IMG/VR virus record: IMGVR_UViG_3300043399_000297
Coordinates: 180,023-244,022 of that record
Direction: 5' to 3' (one strand)
Length of the DNA stretch: 64,000 nt
Translations under genes and position numbers: made by a program
In this document: piece after piece, positions 56,680-64,000 of the stretch
How the letters are laid out: each line of letters begins with the position of its first letter
How positions within the stretch are numbered: position 1 is the stretch's first letter
Notes under the pieces: model-generated
The model's database searches: none
What the model saw: only the letters and a program-made list of their open reading frames with translations
Told to the model about the DNA's origin: nothing

Positions 56680-57330
56680 ATGGCTCGTTATACCCGTCCC
56701 GTTTACAATGTTAGTGATGTTTTTGCTGCTGCTTGTGCTGCTCACCGTGTCAATGGTGGCTACTTTAAGTATGATGAGAACACTTATCACGATGATGGTA
56801 ATGTTACCGTCGACAAGACTGCCAACAAGACTCTCATCCGTATGTTTCTGAACGGCACTTATGATATCTCCGACGCCGATCGTGAAATGGGCGATAAGGT
56901 CCGTCAATATTGTCACGGTCTTTCCTTCAAGATTATCACTGGCAAGACCCTCAGCGATTTTGAGCAGGCTATGCTCAACATTGCCGACAAGGAAACTACC
57001 GATAGCAATTATGATATTGCTGTTGCTTCCTCACTTCCTGCTAGCTATGAGCGTTCTTTGGTTCGTAATGAACAGAATGTTCGTCTTCGTGAAACTAGCG
57101 GCACACTGAACAACAGTGTTGGTTCGAAGGTTGAGCTTGACATTGAAGTTGTTCGCTGCAACTATTCTAACAACTGGGATACCAACTTTGTCACTGCTAT
57201 CACTGATGGTGCCGTAGTGTTCTTCGCTTCGCGCAAGAGTTTAGATGTTGGTTCTAAGCTTCGTATCAAGGGTAAGGTTAAGAGCCATAAGGAAGATCGC
57301 ACCCAGCTTAGCCACGTGAAGGTTCTGTAA
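56680..57330 (+). CDS. Hypothetical protein with C-terminal OB-fold-like domain
   Basis: VGSKVELDIEVV...IKGKVKSH..TQLSHVK. Confidence 0.6.
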   Translation: MARYTRPVYNVSDVFAAACAAHRVNGGYFKYDENTYHDDGNVTVDKTANKTLIRMFLNGTYDISDADREMGDKVRQYCHGLSFKIITGKTLSDFEQAMLNIADKETTDSNYDIAVASSLPASYERSLVRNEQNVRLRETSGTLNNSVGSKVELDIEVVRCNYSNNWDTNFVTAITDGAVVFFASRKSLDVGSKLRIKGKVKSHKEDRTQLSHVKVL

Positions 57331-57567
57331 GTGTCATTCCTAGTCATACTTTCTGAAAAACCCGAAGATCGTCCTAAGTGGTTCAGAGACAAATACCGTG
57401 ATTTGCTTGTTGAAAATATAATGTTCGGTAATGGTTTTCGTGACAAGCCATGGACTTGGTATTGGAATGACAAATATGAACACAAGGTTCGGCTGAGACA
57501 GGGTAGAATTCATATTGATTTCGAAAACGAAGAAATGTATACTTGGTTCATATTAAAGGAACTATGA
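57331..57567 (+). CDS. 'WFxLxW' family small protein
   Basis: Ends FENEEMYTWFILKEL. Confidence 0.65.
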   Translation: MSFLVILSEKPEDRPKWFRDKYRDLLVENIMFGNGFRDKPWTWYWNDKYEHKVRLRQGRIHIDFENEEMYTWFILKEL

Positions 57568-57758
57568 TGAGATTATATTTCAGTGACACCAAACTCTCGT
57601 ATAATGAGATTAACGCACTGTTGAACAGCCATATTGGACCTTCTGGTCCTGACACTTGGCAAAACGGTGTTAGCGAACCCAGTGAGGGATTTAAGGGTTA
57701 TGTAGAAATATACAATGATCCGCCATCATTGTCATTTATAGTGTTGAAGTGGTCGTGA
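57564..57758 (+). CDS. 'WFxLxW' family small protein
   Basis: Ends LSFIVLKWS. Confidence 0.6.
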   Translation: MMRLYFSDTKLSYNEINALLNSHIGPSGPDTWQNGVSEPSEGFKGYVEIYNDPPSLSFIVLKWS

Positions 57759-57964
57759 AATTCACAGCTATTCAGCATAGAGAGCCTATGCTTAAAAATA
57801 TAGCACCTATGCTCGTTATTAAAGACTGGCGTTATTATGTCGACCATCAGATGGAAATTGAAGATTGGACAAACAAGTATACTCCGGGTTGGTTACTAAC
57901 TGGGCTAATTCTTACATTCAAGAATGAAGCTGATAGATTAGCATTTTTGTTGAGGTGGGAATGA
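57755..57964 (+). CDS. 'WFxLxW' family small protein
   Basis: Ends FKNEADRLAFLLRWE. Confidence 0.65.
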   Translation: MKFTAIQHREPMLKNIAPMLVIKDWRYYVDHQMEIEDWTNKYTPGWLLTGLILTFKNEADRLAFLLRWE

Positions 57965-58347
57965 TAGAAAAACTTAAACAACGCTATAAAGGTTATAAGG
58001 AAAAGCGTTTCCTAGAAACTCACGGCTGTAAGACCTGGCGTGAGTATGAACTTAAACACGACCCTGATATAGGATATCTAGCACGACAGTCGCATACTTT
58101 CTATCACGGGTATGCTCAGGTGTTTCCGGTTGAACCGCTAGGCTACGATCCGTATATGAATCGTATTAATCAAATGGTAAAATGGTGCGAAAAGAATTGT
58201 CAAGGTAAATGGCGCAACGATTGGCTGCGAGGCTTTTATGATCAACAAGGCAACTTTGAGTTTAATGGTATCGGCGGTGTTGACCTTATGTTCTTCGCCT
58301 TCAAAGAAGAAAGTGACTATGTTTGGTTTACATTGGTGTGGTCGTGA
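57961..58347 (+). CDS. 'WFxLxW' family protein
   Basis: WCEKNCQGKW..FKEESDYVWFTLVWS. Confidence 0.7.
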   Translation: MIEKLKQRYKGYKEKRFLETHGCKTWREYELKHDPDIGYLARQSHTFYHGYAQVFPVEPLGYDPYMNRINQMVKWCEKNCQGKWRNDWLRGFYDQQGNFEFNGIGGVDLMFFAFKEESDYVWFTLVWS

Positions 58348-58583
58348 TCAAGTATAAGCTAGTTAGGCGTGGTCCCAAATATTGTGTTAGGGTCAAGGGC
58401 ACTATTAACACCACTAAGGCATTTAGATTTTGTCACGACCGTAAAATGAGCTATAGTATTAAGAAACGCTGGCCCTTCACCGCTCCGCACTATGAAGATT
58501 ATTATGGTAGAGAGTTATGGGACTATGATTTTATCTTTGACAAAGAATATGAAGCTACCGCTTTTATAATAGGTTTCTTATAA
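58344..58583 (+). CDS. 'WFxLxW' family small protein (divergent)
   Basis: Ends FDKEYEATAFIIGFL. Confidence 0.6.
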   Translation: MIKYKLVRRGPKYCVRVKGTINTTKAFRFCHDRKMSYSIKKRWPFTAPHYEDYYGRELWDYDFIFDKEYEATAFIIGFL

Positions 58584-58585
58584 TA

Positions 58586-58807
58586 ATGTGCATTTTACCC
58601 ATAACAGGCGATGATTATAAGCCCAAAACTTGGTGGTTTAATTTCTTATATCAGTTACCATCTGAAAAGATTATCCGTGACTTATCGACAGAATTTGCCA
58701 AGTGGAATGCTGAATTGATATCTACAACTGGTATCCCCGAGGTTAAAGACAGTCTTGCGTTTCAAAATGAGAATGATATGACCTGGTTCCTATTACATTG
58801 GTCTTGA
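58586..58807 (+). CDS. 'WFxLxW' family small protein
   Basis: Ends FQNENDMTWFLLHWS. Confidence 0.65.
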   Translation: MCILPITGDDYKPKTWWFNFLYQLPSEKIIRDLSTEFAKWNAELISTTGIPEVKDSLAFQNENDMTWFLLHWS

Positions 58808-58832
58808 CAACAGTGTTTGTCTGTGATATAGT
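58804..58832 (+). promoter_or_regulatory. Sigma70-type promoter
   Basis: TTGACA-N17-TATAGT. Confidence 0.65.
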
Positions 58833-58866
58833 TAGAAACTAAGTTAAATAAATTATAGGATAATAT

Positions 58867-60198
58867 ATGTCAGCCGCGTGGATCAAAAAGCTTAACGAAG
58901 ACAATGGGCGTCTTCATAAAGAAGATGTTCTTAAGCAAGCACTTGAGGCTGCTAAGCTTGGCAGCGAGATATCACATTTCTTTCTCAAGGGGCTTTATCT
59001 CTGCTATAATCCATATGTTACATTTGGTGTAAAGCAGATTCCAGACAGTTTAGGTATCGTTGACGCTGAAAATCCTTGGGATGAATTCGTTGAACTTATC
59101 GATGACCTTAGTCAGCGCAGGATCACTGGTAATGCTGCTCGTGATGCTATCAGTGATATCTCCTATCGTTTTGACAGTGACGAGTGGAATCTATTTCTTG
59201 CTCCCATTCTTCGTCGTGATATGCGTTGCGGAGTAAGCACTACTACCATAAACAAGATTGTTAAAAAGACGGAATATGAGATTCCCGTATTCAGTTGCCA
59301 ACTTGCTACTAACAGCGAGGGCCGCCCTGAAATGAAGGGCATCAAGCGTCTTGAACCCAAGCTTGACGGTGTTCGTGTTCTGATGACTGTTGGCTTCCCC
59401 GATTATGGTGGTGTCAATATCAACTGTTACAGTCGCAATGGTAAAATTTTTGAAAATTTCCGTCATATTGAAGAACAGATTGAAAATTATGCAATTGACC
59501 TGCTTGAAGCAGAAGGTGTGACTGGGCAAGGATTTGTTCTTGACGGTGAGGTTGTAGGCAATAGTTTTCAGGAACTGATGCGGCAGGCTCGTCGTAAGGA
59601 AGATGTTCAGAATGATGATAGTGTCTTCCATATTTTTGATGTTATTCCTATGAATAATTTCCTAGAGGGGCATCATAACGCACAGTTGCATAAGCGTCTT
59701 GCTATTCTTGACAAGATGCGTCCTACCATTGATAAGATGCCCAATGTTGAACTGCTTCCTCATATTGAAGTTGACCTTGACACCGAAGAAGGACAAAATG
59801 AACTTCATAAGTATGCACAGAATATGGTTGCTGCTGGATTTGAGGGCATTATGATCAAGGACCTTGATGCTCCTTATGAATGCACTCGTAGCAAGTTTTG
59901 GCTCAAGTGGAAGCCCACGATCACTGTTGACTTGCAGGTTATCGGTATTGAAGAAGGTACTGGTCGCAATAAGGGTCGTCTTGGTGCATTGGTTTGTGCA
60001 GGACACGATCACGGTAAGGATATTGTTGTCAATGCTGGTAGTGGGTTCAGTGATAGCGAACGCAAGCAACTTTGGGAAGACCGTTCGTTTATCTTTGGTC
60101 GCACTGTGGAAATTATGGCTGATGCTATTACGCAGAATCAGGATGGTAGCTATAGTCTTCGGTTCCCCCGTTTTGTTCGTTTTAGGGATGATAAGTGA
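58867..60198 (+). CDS. lig: ATP-dependent DNA ligase
   Basis: EPKLDGVR, VLDGE, FHIFD, EGIMIK, WLKWK, SLRFPRF..RDDK. Confidence 0.95.
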   Translation: MSAAWIKKLNEDNGRLHKEDVLKQALEAAKLGSEISHFFLKGLYLCYNPYVTFGVKQIPDSLGIVDAENPWDEFVELIDDLSQRRITGNAARDAISDISYRFDSDEWNLFLAPILRRDMRCGVSTTTINKIVKKTEYEIPVFSCQLATNSEGRPEMKGIKRLEPKLDGVRVLMTVGFPDYGGVNINCYSRNGKIFENFRHIEEQIENYAIDLLEAEGVTGQGFVLDGEVVGNSFQELMRQARRKEDVQNDDSVFHIFDVIPMNNFLEGHHNAQLHKRLAILDKMRPTIDKMPNVELLPHIEVDLDTEEGQNELHKYAQNMVAAGFEGIMIKDLDAPYECTRSKFWLKWKPTITVDLQVIGIEEGTGRNKGRLGALVCAGHDHGKDIVVNAGSGFSDSERKQLWEDRSFIFGRTVEIMADAITQNQDGSYSLRFPRFVRFRDDK

Positions 60199-60353
60199 TG
60201 AATGATACTAAGTGGCTAGCTATTATGGTTATAGGGTTTGCTTTAGCTATATTCGGTGCTTTAGCAATAGATAGTATGGCAAAGTCAAACTGCCGTATAG
60301 AAGGGTTCGCACAGCATACACCTGCCGATCAAATTGAAAGAATCTGTAAATGA
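60198..60353 (+). CDS. 51-aa membrane protein not in the ORF track
   Basis: MNDTKWLAIMVIGFALAIFGALAI..C..ICK*; TGATG and ATGA overlaps. Confidence 0.6.
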   Translation: MNDTKWLAIMVIGFALAIFGALAIDSMAKSNCRIEGFAQHTPADQIERICK

Positions 60354-60532
60354 CTATTTTTAAAATTATTATTGAAGAACCACCTCATCGTTGTGAAGGA
60401 TGTGGTCTTATCACGACTACACGCCCATATGGTATCAAACACGAAGAAATTTGTGAAGAATGCGCTCTCAAGGATCCTATGATCACAGAGATTCGTATGA
60501 AAGAAAATATGTTCGGAGAAAATAATGAATGA
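60350..60532 (+). CDS. Small Zn-finger protein
   Basis: CEGCG..RPYG..ICEEC. Confidence 0.65.
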   Translation: MTIFKIIIEEPPHRCEGCGLITTTRPYGIKHEEICEECALKDPMITEIRMKENMFGENNE

Positions 60533-60749
60533 AGAACTTCCTAAAGTGGAAGACTATCAACATCTTGTAGGCGAAATTTATACATTTGAAGATGGCGATA
60601 GCATTGAAGTAGTTCAAGTTAAGCGCAGAGAGGAAGGCGCCTGGATCACTTATCATATTCATCAAGGACCAGGAATTCCCAGAAAATTGGTTATGTTTGC
60701 ACCTGAGTTTATAAGTAACTATGGTCATTTATTTGGTGTAACCGAATAA
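60525..60749 (+). CDS. Hypothetical protein
   Basis: GGAG SD, 74 aa. Confidence 0.65.
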   Translation: MNEELPKVEDYQHLVGEIYTFEDGDSIEVVQVKRREEGAWITYHIHQGPGIPRKLVMFAPEFISNYGHLFGVTE

Positions 60750-60756
60750 ATACATT

Positions 60757-62247
60757 ATGAATTTTAGAAAAGTATTCAGTTTTGCAACATTAACCTTATT
60801 GGTTGCACTTAGTCTTAGCGCAATAGCGGCTTATTACAGTATACAGGGATTAATAGCAATATTTGCTGCTGCTGTTATCCCTATCATCATTATGGGTGGT
60901 TCCCTAGAACTCGCCAAAGTTGTAACTACGGTTTGGTTACATAGATATTGGAATAGAGCAGGATGGAATCTTAAACTATATCTTGTTCCTGCTGTAGTAG
61001 CTCTTGCGTTTCTAACTAGTATGGGTATATTTGGTTTCTTGAGTAAAGCACACAGTGACCAAACATTGGTCAGTGGTGATGTTGGCGCTAAAGTAGCAGT
61101 ATATGATACTAAGATTCAAACTGCTAAAGAAAACATAGATGCTAACCGCAAAGCACTACAACAGATGGATGCGCAAGTTGACCAGCTTCTAGGTAGAACA
61201 ACTGACGATAAGGGTGCAAATCGTGCTGTTTCAGTTAGAAATCAGCAGAAGAAAGAACGTGCCCGAATCCAAGCTGAAATCGCAGCCGATCAAGAAACGA
61301 TAGCTAAATTAAACGAAGACGCTGCTCCCATTCGTGCCCAGGTTCGTAAGGTAGAAGCAGAAGTTGGCCCAATCAAATATATAGCAGCATTGATCTATGG
61401 TGATAATCCTGATAGTAACTTACTTGAAAGAGCGGTTAGATGGGTAATCATACTTATAGTGTTTGTATTTGATCCACTAGCTCTTACATTAGTTCTTGCT
61501 GCACAAAGTAGTTATAAGTGGTTAGAAGAAGACTTGAAAAAGCGTGAGGAAGAAGAGGAAGAGGATAAGTTTAAAGAAACGTTCTCAACCAATAAACTTG
61601 ACGAAGATACTAGTAAGTTCTTAGATGAAGTTCTTGATGATGTATTAACCGAAACTCCTTACGAGGTTAAGGAGAAGCCTAATGTTGAAATTGAGATACA
61701 GCCGGTGGTTGTTGAACCAGTTGGAGAATTACGACCGAGTGAGCTGGAGATACACGATCCCTCTGATGATGAAATTGATGGGGAACTACCAGGACAAGAA
61801 GAAAAGATTGAGGGACACATTAGGGGAGAGGCACGACAGCCCGAAGCCGCACCGGAAATCAGAACTGAAGGAATAACACTTCAAGAAACCGACACCGGAT
61901 ATATAAAATATCAGGGGAAAAGCGTGAGCAAGAGTGCATTACAAGAAATGCATCCTGAATTGTTTATCGCAAAACCCGATGAAACTCTGTCTAATGCAAA
62001 CTTTGGAATAGAATTTCCTAAATTCGCAAAAAAAGGTGATACGTTTGTTAGAGTAGATATGCTTCCTAACCGAGCATATAAGTTTGGTGGTGATAGATGG
62101 TTTGAAATAAACAAAGAACAAACTTTATTTGACGAAGAATATATTCGTCATTTGATAACCAAACTTGATTCGGGCGAGTATGATCCAGAGTTATTGTCTG
62201 ATAACGAGCGTGATCAAATCGAAGAATATCTAAGCAAAAATAGTTAG
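60757..62247 (+). CDS. Membrane protein with long coiled-coil
   Basis: Three N-terminal TM segments, coiled-coil, a fourth TM, acidic tail. Confidence 0.7.
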   Translation: MNFRKVFSFATLTLLVALSLSAIAAYYSIQGLIAIFAAAVIPIIIMGGSLELAKVVTTVWLHRYWNRAGWNLKLYLVPAVVALAFLTSMGIFGFLSKAHSDQTLVSGDVGAKVAVYDTKIQTAKENIDANRKALQQMDAQVDQLLGRTTDDKGANRAVSVRNQQKKERARIQAEIAADQETIAKLNEDAAPIRAQVRKVEAEVGPIKYIAALIYGDNPDSNLLERAVRWVIILIVFVFDPLALTLVLAAQSSYKWLEEDLKKREEEEEEDKFKETFSTNKLDEDTSKFLDEVLDDVLTETPYEVKEKPNVEIEIQPVVVEPVGELRPSELEIHDPSDDEIDGELPGQEEKIEGHIRGEARQPEAAPEIRTEGITLQETDTGYIKYQGKSVSKSALQEMHPELFIAKPDETLSNANFGIEFPKFAKKGDTFVRVDMLPNRAYKFGGDRWFEINKEQTLFDEEYIRHLITKLDSGEYDPELLSDNERDQIEEYLSKNS

Positions 62248-62261
62248 TAATAAGTAAACAT

Positions 62262-63461
62262 ATGTCTGATAAAAAATTACATCACTGCTCTTTCTGCGGG
62301 AGCCACAAAGATGAAGTTAAAAAATTAATCGTAGGTGAAGATGTTGCTATCTGCACCACTTGCATTGATTTGTGCAATCAACTAGTAATAGAAGAAAAGA
62401 ACGTTAAACCAATCAAACTTGATGAACAGAAGATGTTTGATGCATATAGCATCAAAGATCACCTTGATAAGCACGTTATAGGACAGGATAACGCTAAGAA
62501 AGTATTAGCAGTTGCTATTGCCAATCACTATAAACGCATTAATAATCCTCCTAAGGACCTTGACATACAGAAGGGCAACGTATTGTTCGTTGGACCAACT
62601 GGTTCTGGTAAGACATTGCTTGCACGTAGCGTAGCAAAGTATCTCAACGTTCCCTTCGTAGTAGCTGATGCAACTAACCTTACCGAAGCTGGGTATGTAG
62701 GCGAAGACGTAGAAAGTATGATCAATATGCTATTAAGCTTGGCCAACTATGATGTATCTTTGGCAGAGCGCGGCATTGTATTCATTGACGAAATTGATAA
62801 GATTGCTCGTAAGAGCGAACATACTAGCATTACAAGAGACGTTAGCGGAGAAGGCGTGCAGCAGGCATTGCTTAAATTAGTAGAAGGAACTAAGTGCAGA
62901 GTCAATCCTGCCGGAAAGAGGAAGCATCCGCAAGCAGAAAATATTGAGGTAGATACCAAAAATATATTGTTTATTGCTGGCGGGGCTTTCGTGGGACTTG
63001 ACAAGATTATCAAAACTAGAACTGAAAGCAGTGCAATTGGTTTTGGCGCTGTAGTTAAAAACAAAGATGAAGCAGTCGATATCTCGAAAGTTACTCCAGA
63101 CGATTTAACAAGATTTGGTATGATTCCTGAGTTTATCGGACGATTTACTACCACTATCACTTTAGAAGAACTCACTTTAGACCAATTGGTGTCAGTGTTG
63201 ACTGAGGTTAAGAATAGTTTCATTGAACAATACAAATATTTGTTCTCCGTCGACGGAATTGACTTAGTATTCACTGATGGTGCATTAAGAAAAATTGCTC
63301 AAAACTGCATTGATCTAAAGACCGGAGCAAGAGGATTACATACTGAAATTGAAAAAGTATTGATGCCTCATATGTTCCACATAAGGTTATACAAAGAACG
63401 AGGGCTTGTTCAACTTATCATCGATGAAGATTTAGTTAATGCTCCCGAATCATTGTATTGA
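62262..63461 (+). CDS. clpX: ClpX ATPase
   Basis: CSFCG..ICTTC zinc domain, [42 protein letters not shown] loop, TGARGL. Confidence 0.95.
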   Translation: MSDKKLHHCSFCGSHKDEVKKLIVGEDVAICTTCIDLCNQLVIEEKNVKPIKLDEQKMFDAYSIKDHLDKHVIGQDNAKKVLAVAIANHYKRINNPPKDLDIQKGNVLFVGPTGSGKTLLARSVAKYLNVPFVVADATNLTEAGYVGEDVESMINMLLSLANYDVSLAERGIVFIDEIDKIARKSEHTSITRDVSGEGVQQALLKLVEGTKCRVNPAGKRKHPQAENIEVDTKNILFIAGGAFVGLDKIIKTRTESSAIGFGAVVKNKDEAVDISKVTPDDLTRFGMIPEFIGRFTTTITLEELTLDQLVSVLTEVKNSFIEQYKYLFSVDGIDLVFTDGALRKIAQNCIDLKTGARGLHTEIEKVLMPHMFHIRLYKERGLVQLIIDEDLVNAPESLY

Positions 63462-63505
63462 CCAAAAAACTAGTATTTTTTGCGAAAAAGTAGTATATAA
63501 GTATC

Positions 63506-63570
63506 GTTGTAGATGCTCAGTGAGGTCTACAACAAAATAGTCTTGCTTAATAAAGGAGATAGAAACAATG
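63506..63570 (+). promoter_or_regulatory. ROSE-like RNA thermometer leader
   Basis: 5' hairpin GTTGTAGA/TCTACAAC then TCTTGCTT-aata-AAGGAGA (UUGCU opposite the SD) before a small heat-shock gene. Confidence 0.6.
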
Positions 63571-64000
63571 ACTAGAGAATTAAGCCTTCGTTCCCTCGAT
63601 ATCCCATCAATTCATAAGTTCGGTATCGGATTTGACAACATCTTTGATGAATTGATGCGAGCTAACCAACAACAAACCAGCGTCAATTATCCACCTTACA
63701 ATATTATAAAATATAGCGAGGACTCATTCGAAATTGAGTTAGCTGTTGCTGGTTTCCGCGAAGGTGATATCAACATCACGGTTGAAAAGAATGTTCTAAC
63801 TATTTCAGGCGAACAAACGATTGAGTATAATAGGGAATTTGAGTACCTACATCGTGGTATTAGTGCCCGCACATTCGGTCGCACATTCACGCTTGCTGAT
63901 TACGTTGAAGTTATCGGTGCAAAGGTTGAAAACGGCATTCTCAAGATCGGACTTGAACGACAAGTTCCTGAAGAGCAAAAGCCCAAAACGATTGCTATTA
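63568..64000 (+). CDS. Small heat-shock protein Hsp20/IbpA (runs off the window; not in the ORF track)
   Basis: IGFD..NYPPYNIIK..ELAVAGF..YLHRGISARTF..ENGIL..PEEQKPK. Confidence 0.9.
   Translation, partial: MTRELSLRSLDIPSIHKFGIGFDNIFDELMRANQQQTSVNYPPYNIIKYSEDSFEIELAVAGFREGDINITVEKNVLTISGEQTIEYNREFEYLHRGISARTFGRTFTLADYVEVIGAKVENGILKIGLERQVPEEQKPKTIAI

Noticed and set aside
113-63890. Numerous 60-175 aa ORFs antisense to or nested in long genes (e.g. 11063-11437, 33257-33658, 50369-50803, 62747-63274)
   Set aside because: Shadow ORFs of well-supported genes, with no motifs or start signals
1-64000. Stop-codon reassignment, tRNA genes, CRISPR array, integrase/transposase
   Set aside because: Core genes are full length under the standard code with TGA/TAA/TAG stops; none of these elements was recognised by eye (tRNAscan not run)

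Overview
AT-rich (visual impression), densely coding segment of a large lytic, T4-like/jumbo myovirus genome read with the standard code. Sigma70-type TTGACA-N17-TAnnnT promoters with a TGCTA-like -10, leaderless starts and an Ala-rich porin signal peptide point weakly to an alphaproteobacterial host. Contents: (i) replication/repair genes (family B polymerase, sliding clamp, clamp loader, RNase H/5' exonuclease, ATP-dependent ligase, UvsE, a stand-alone DnaE fragment); (ii) a chaperone set (GroES, DnaJ, ClpA/B, ClpX, Hsp20 with a ROSE-like leader); (iii) a late region of probable capsid-packaged, protease-processed proteins, including two amidoligases; (iv) a 7-deazaguanine DNA-modification cluster (DpdA/TGT-like, FolE, QueD, QueE, DpdL-like, no recognisable QueC in the window) mixed with three glycosyltransferases, a cytidylyltransferase, an epimerase, a methyltransferase and a PRTase; (v) a putative restriction-modification pair; (vi) seven free-standing homing-type endonucleases. 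The most striking non-coding signals are a four-copy, covarying two-hairpin element sitting between convergent ATAAATA late promoters at the 5' end of four antisense-inserted endonucleases of two unrelated families, and a preQ1-I-like pseudoknot directly upstream of queD. All calls come from motif recognition by eye; no database searches or folding programs were run.
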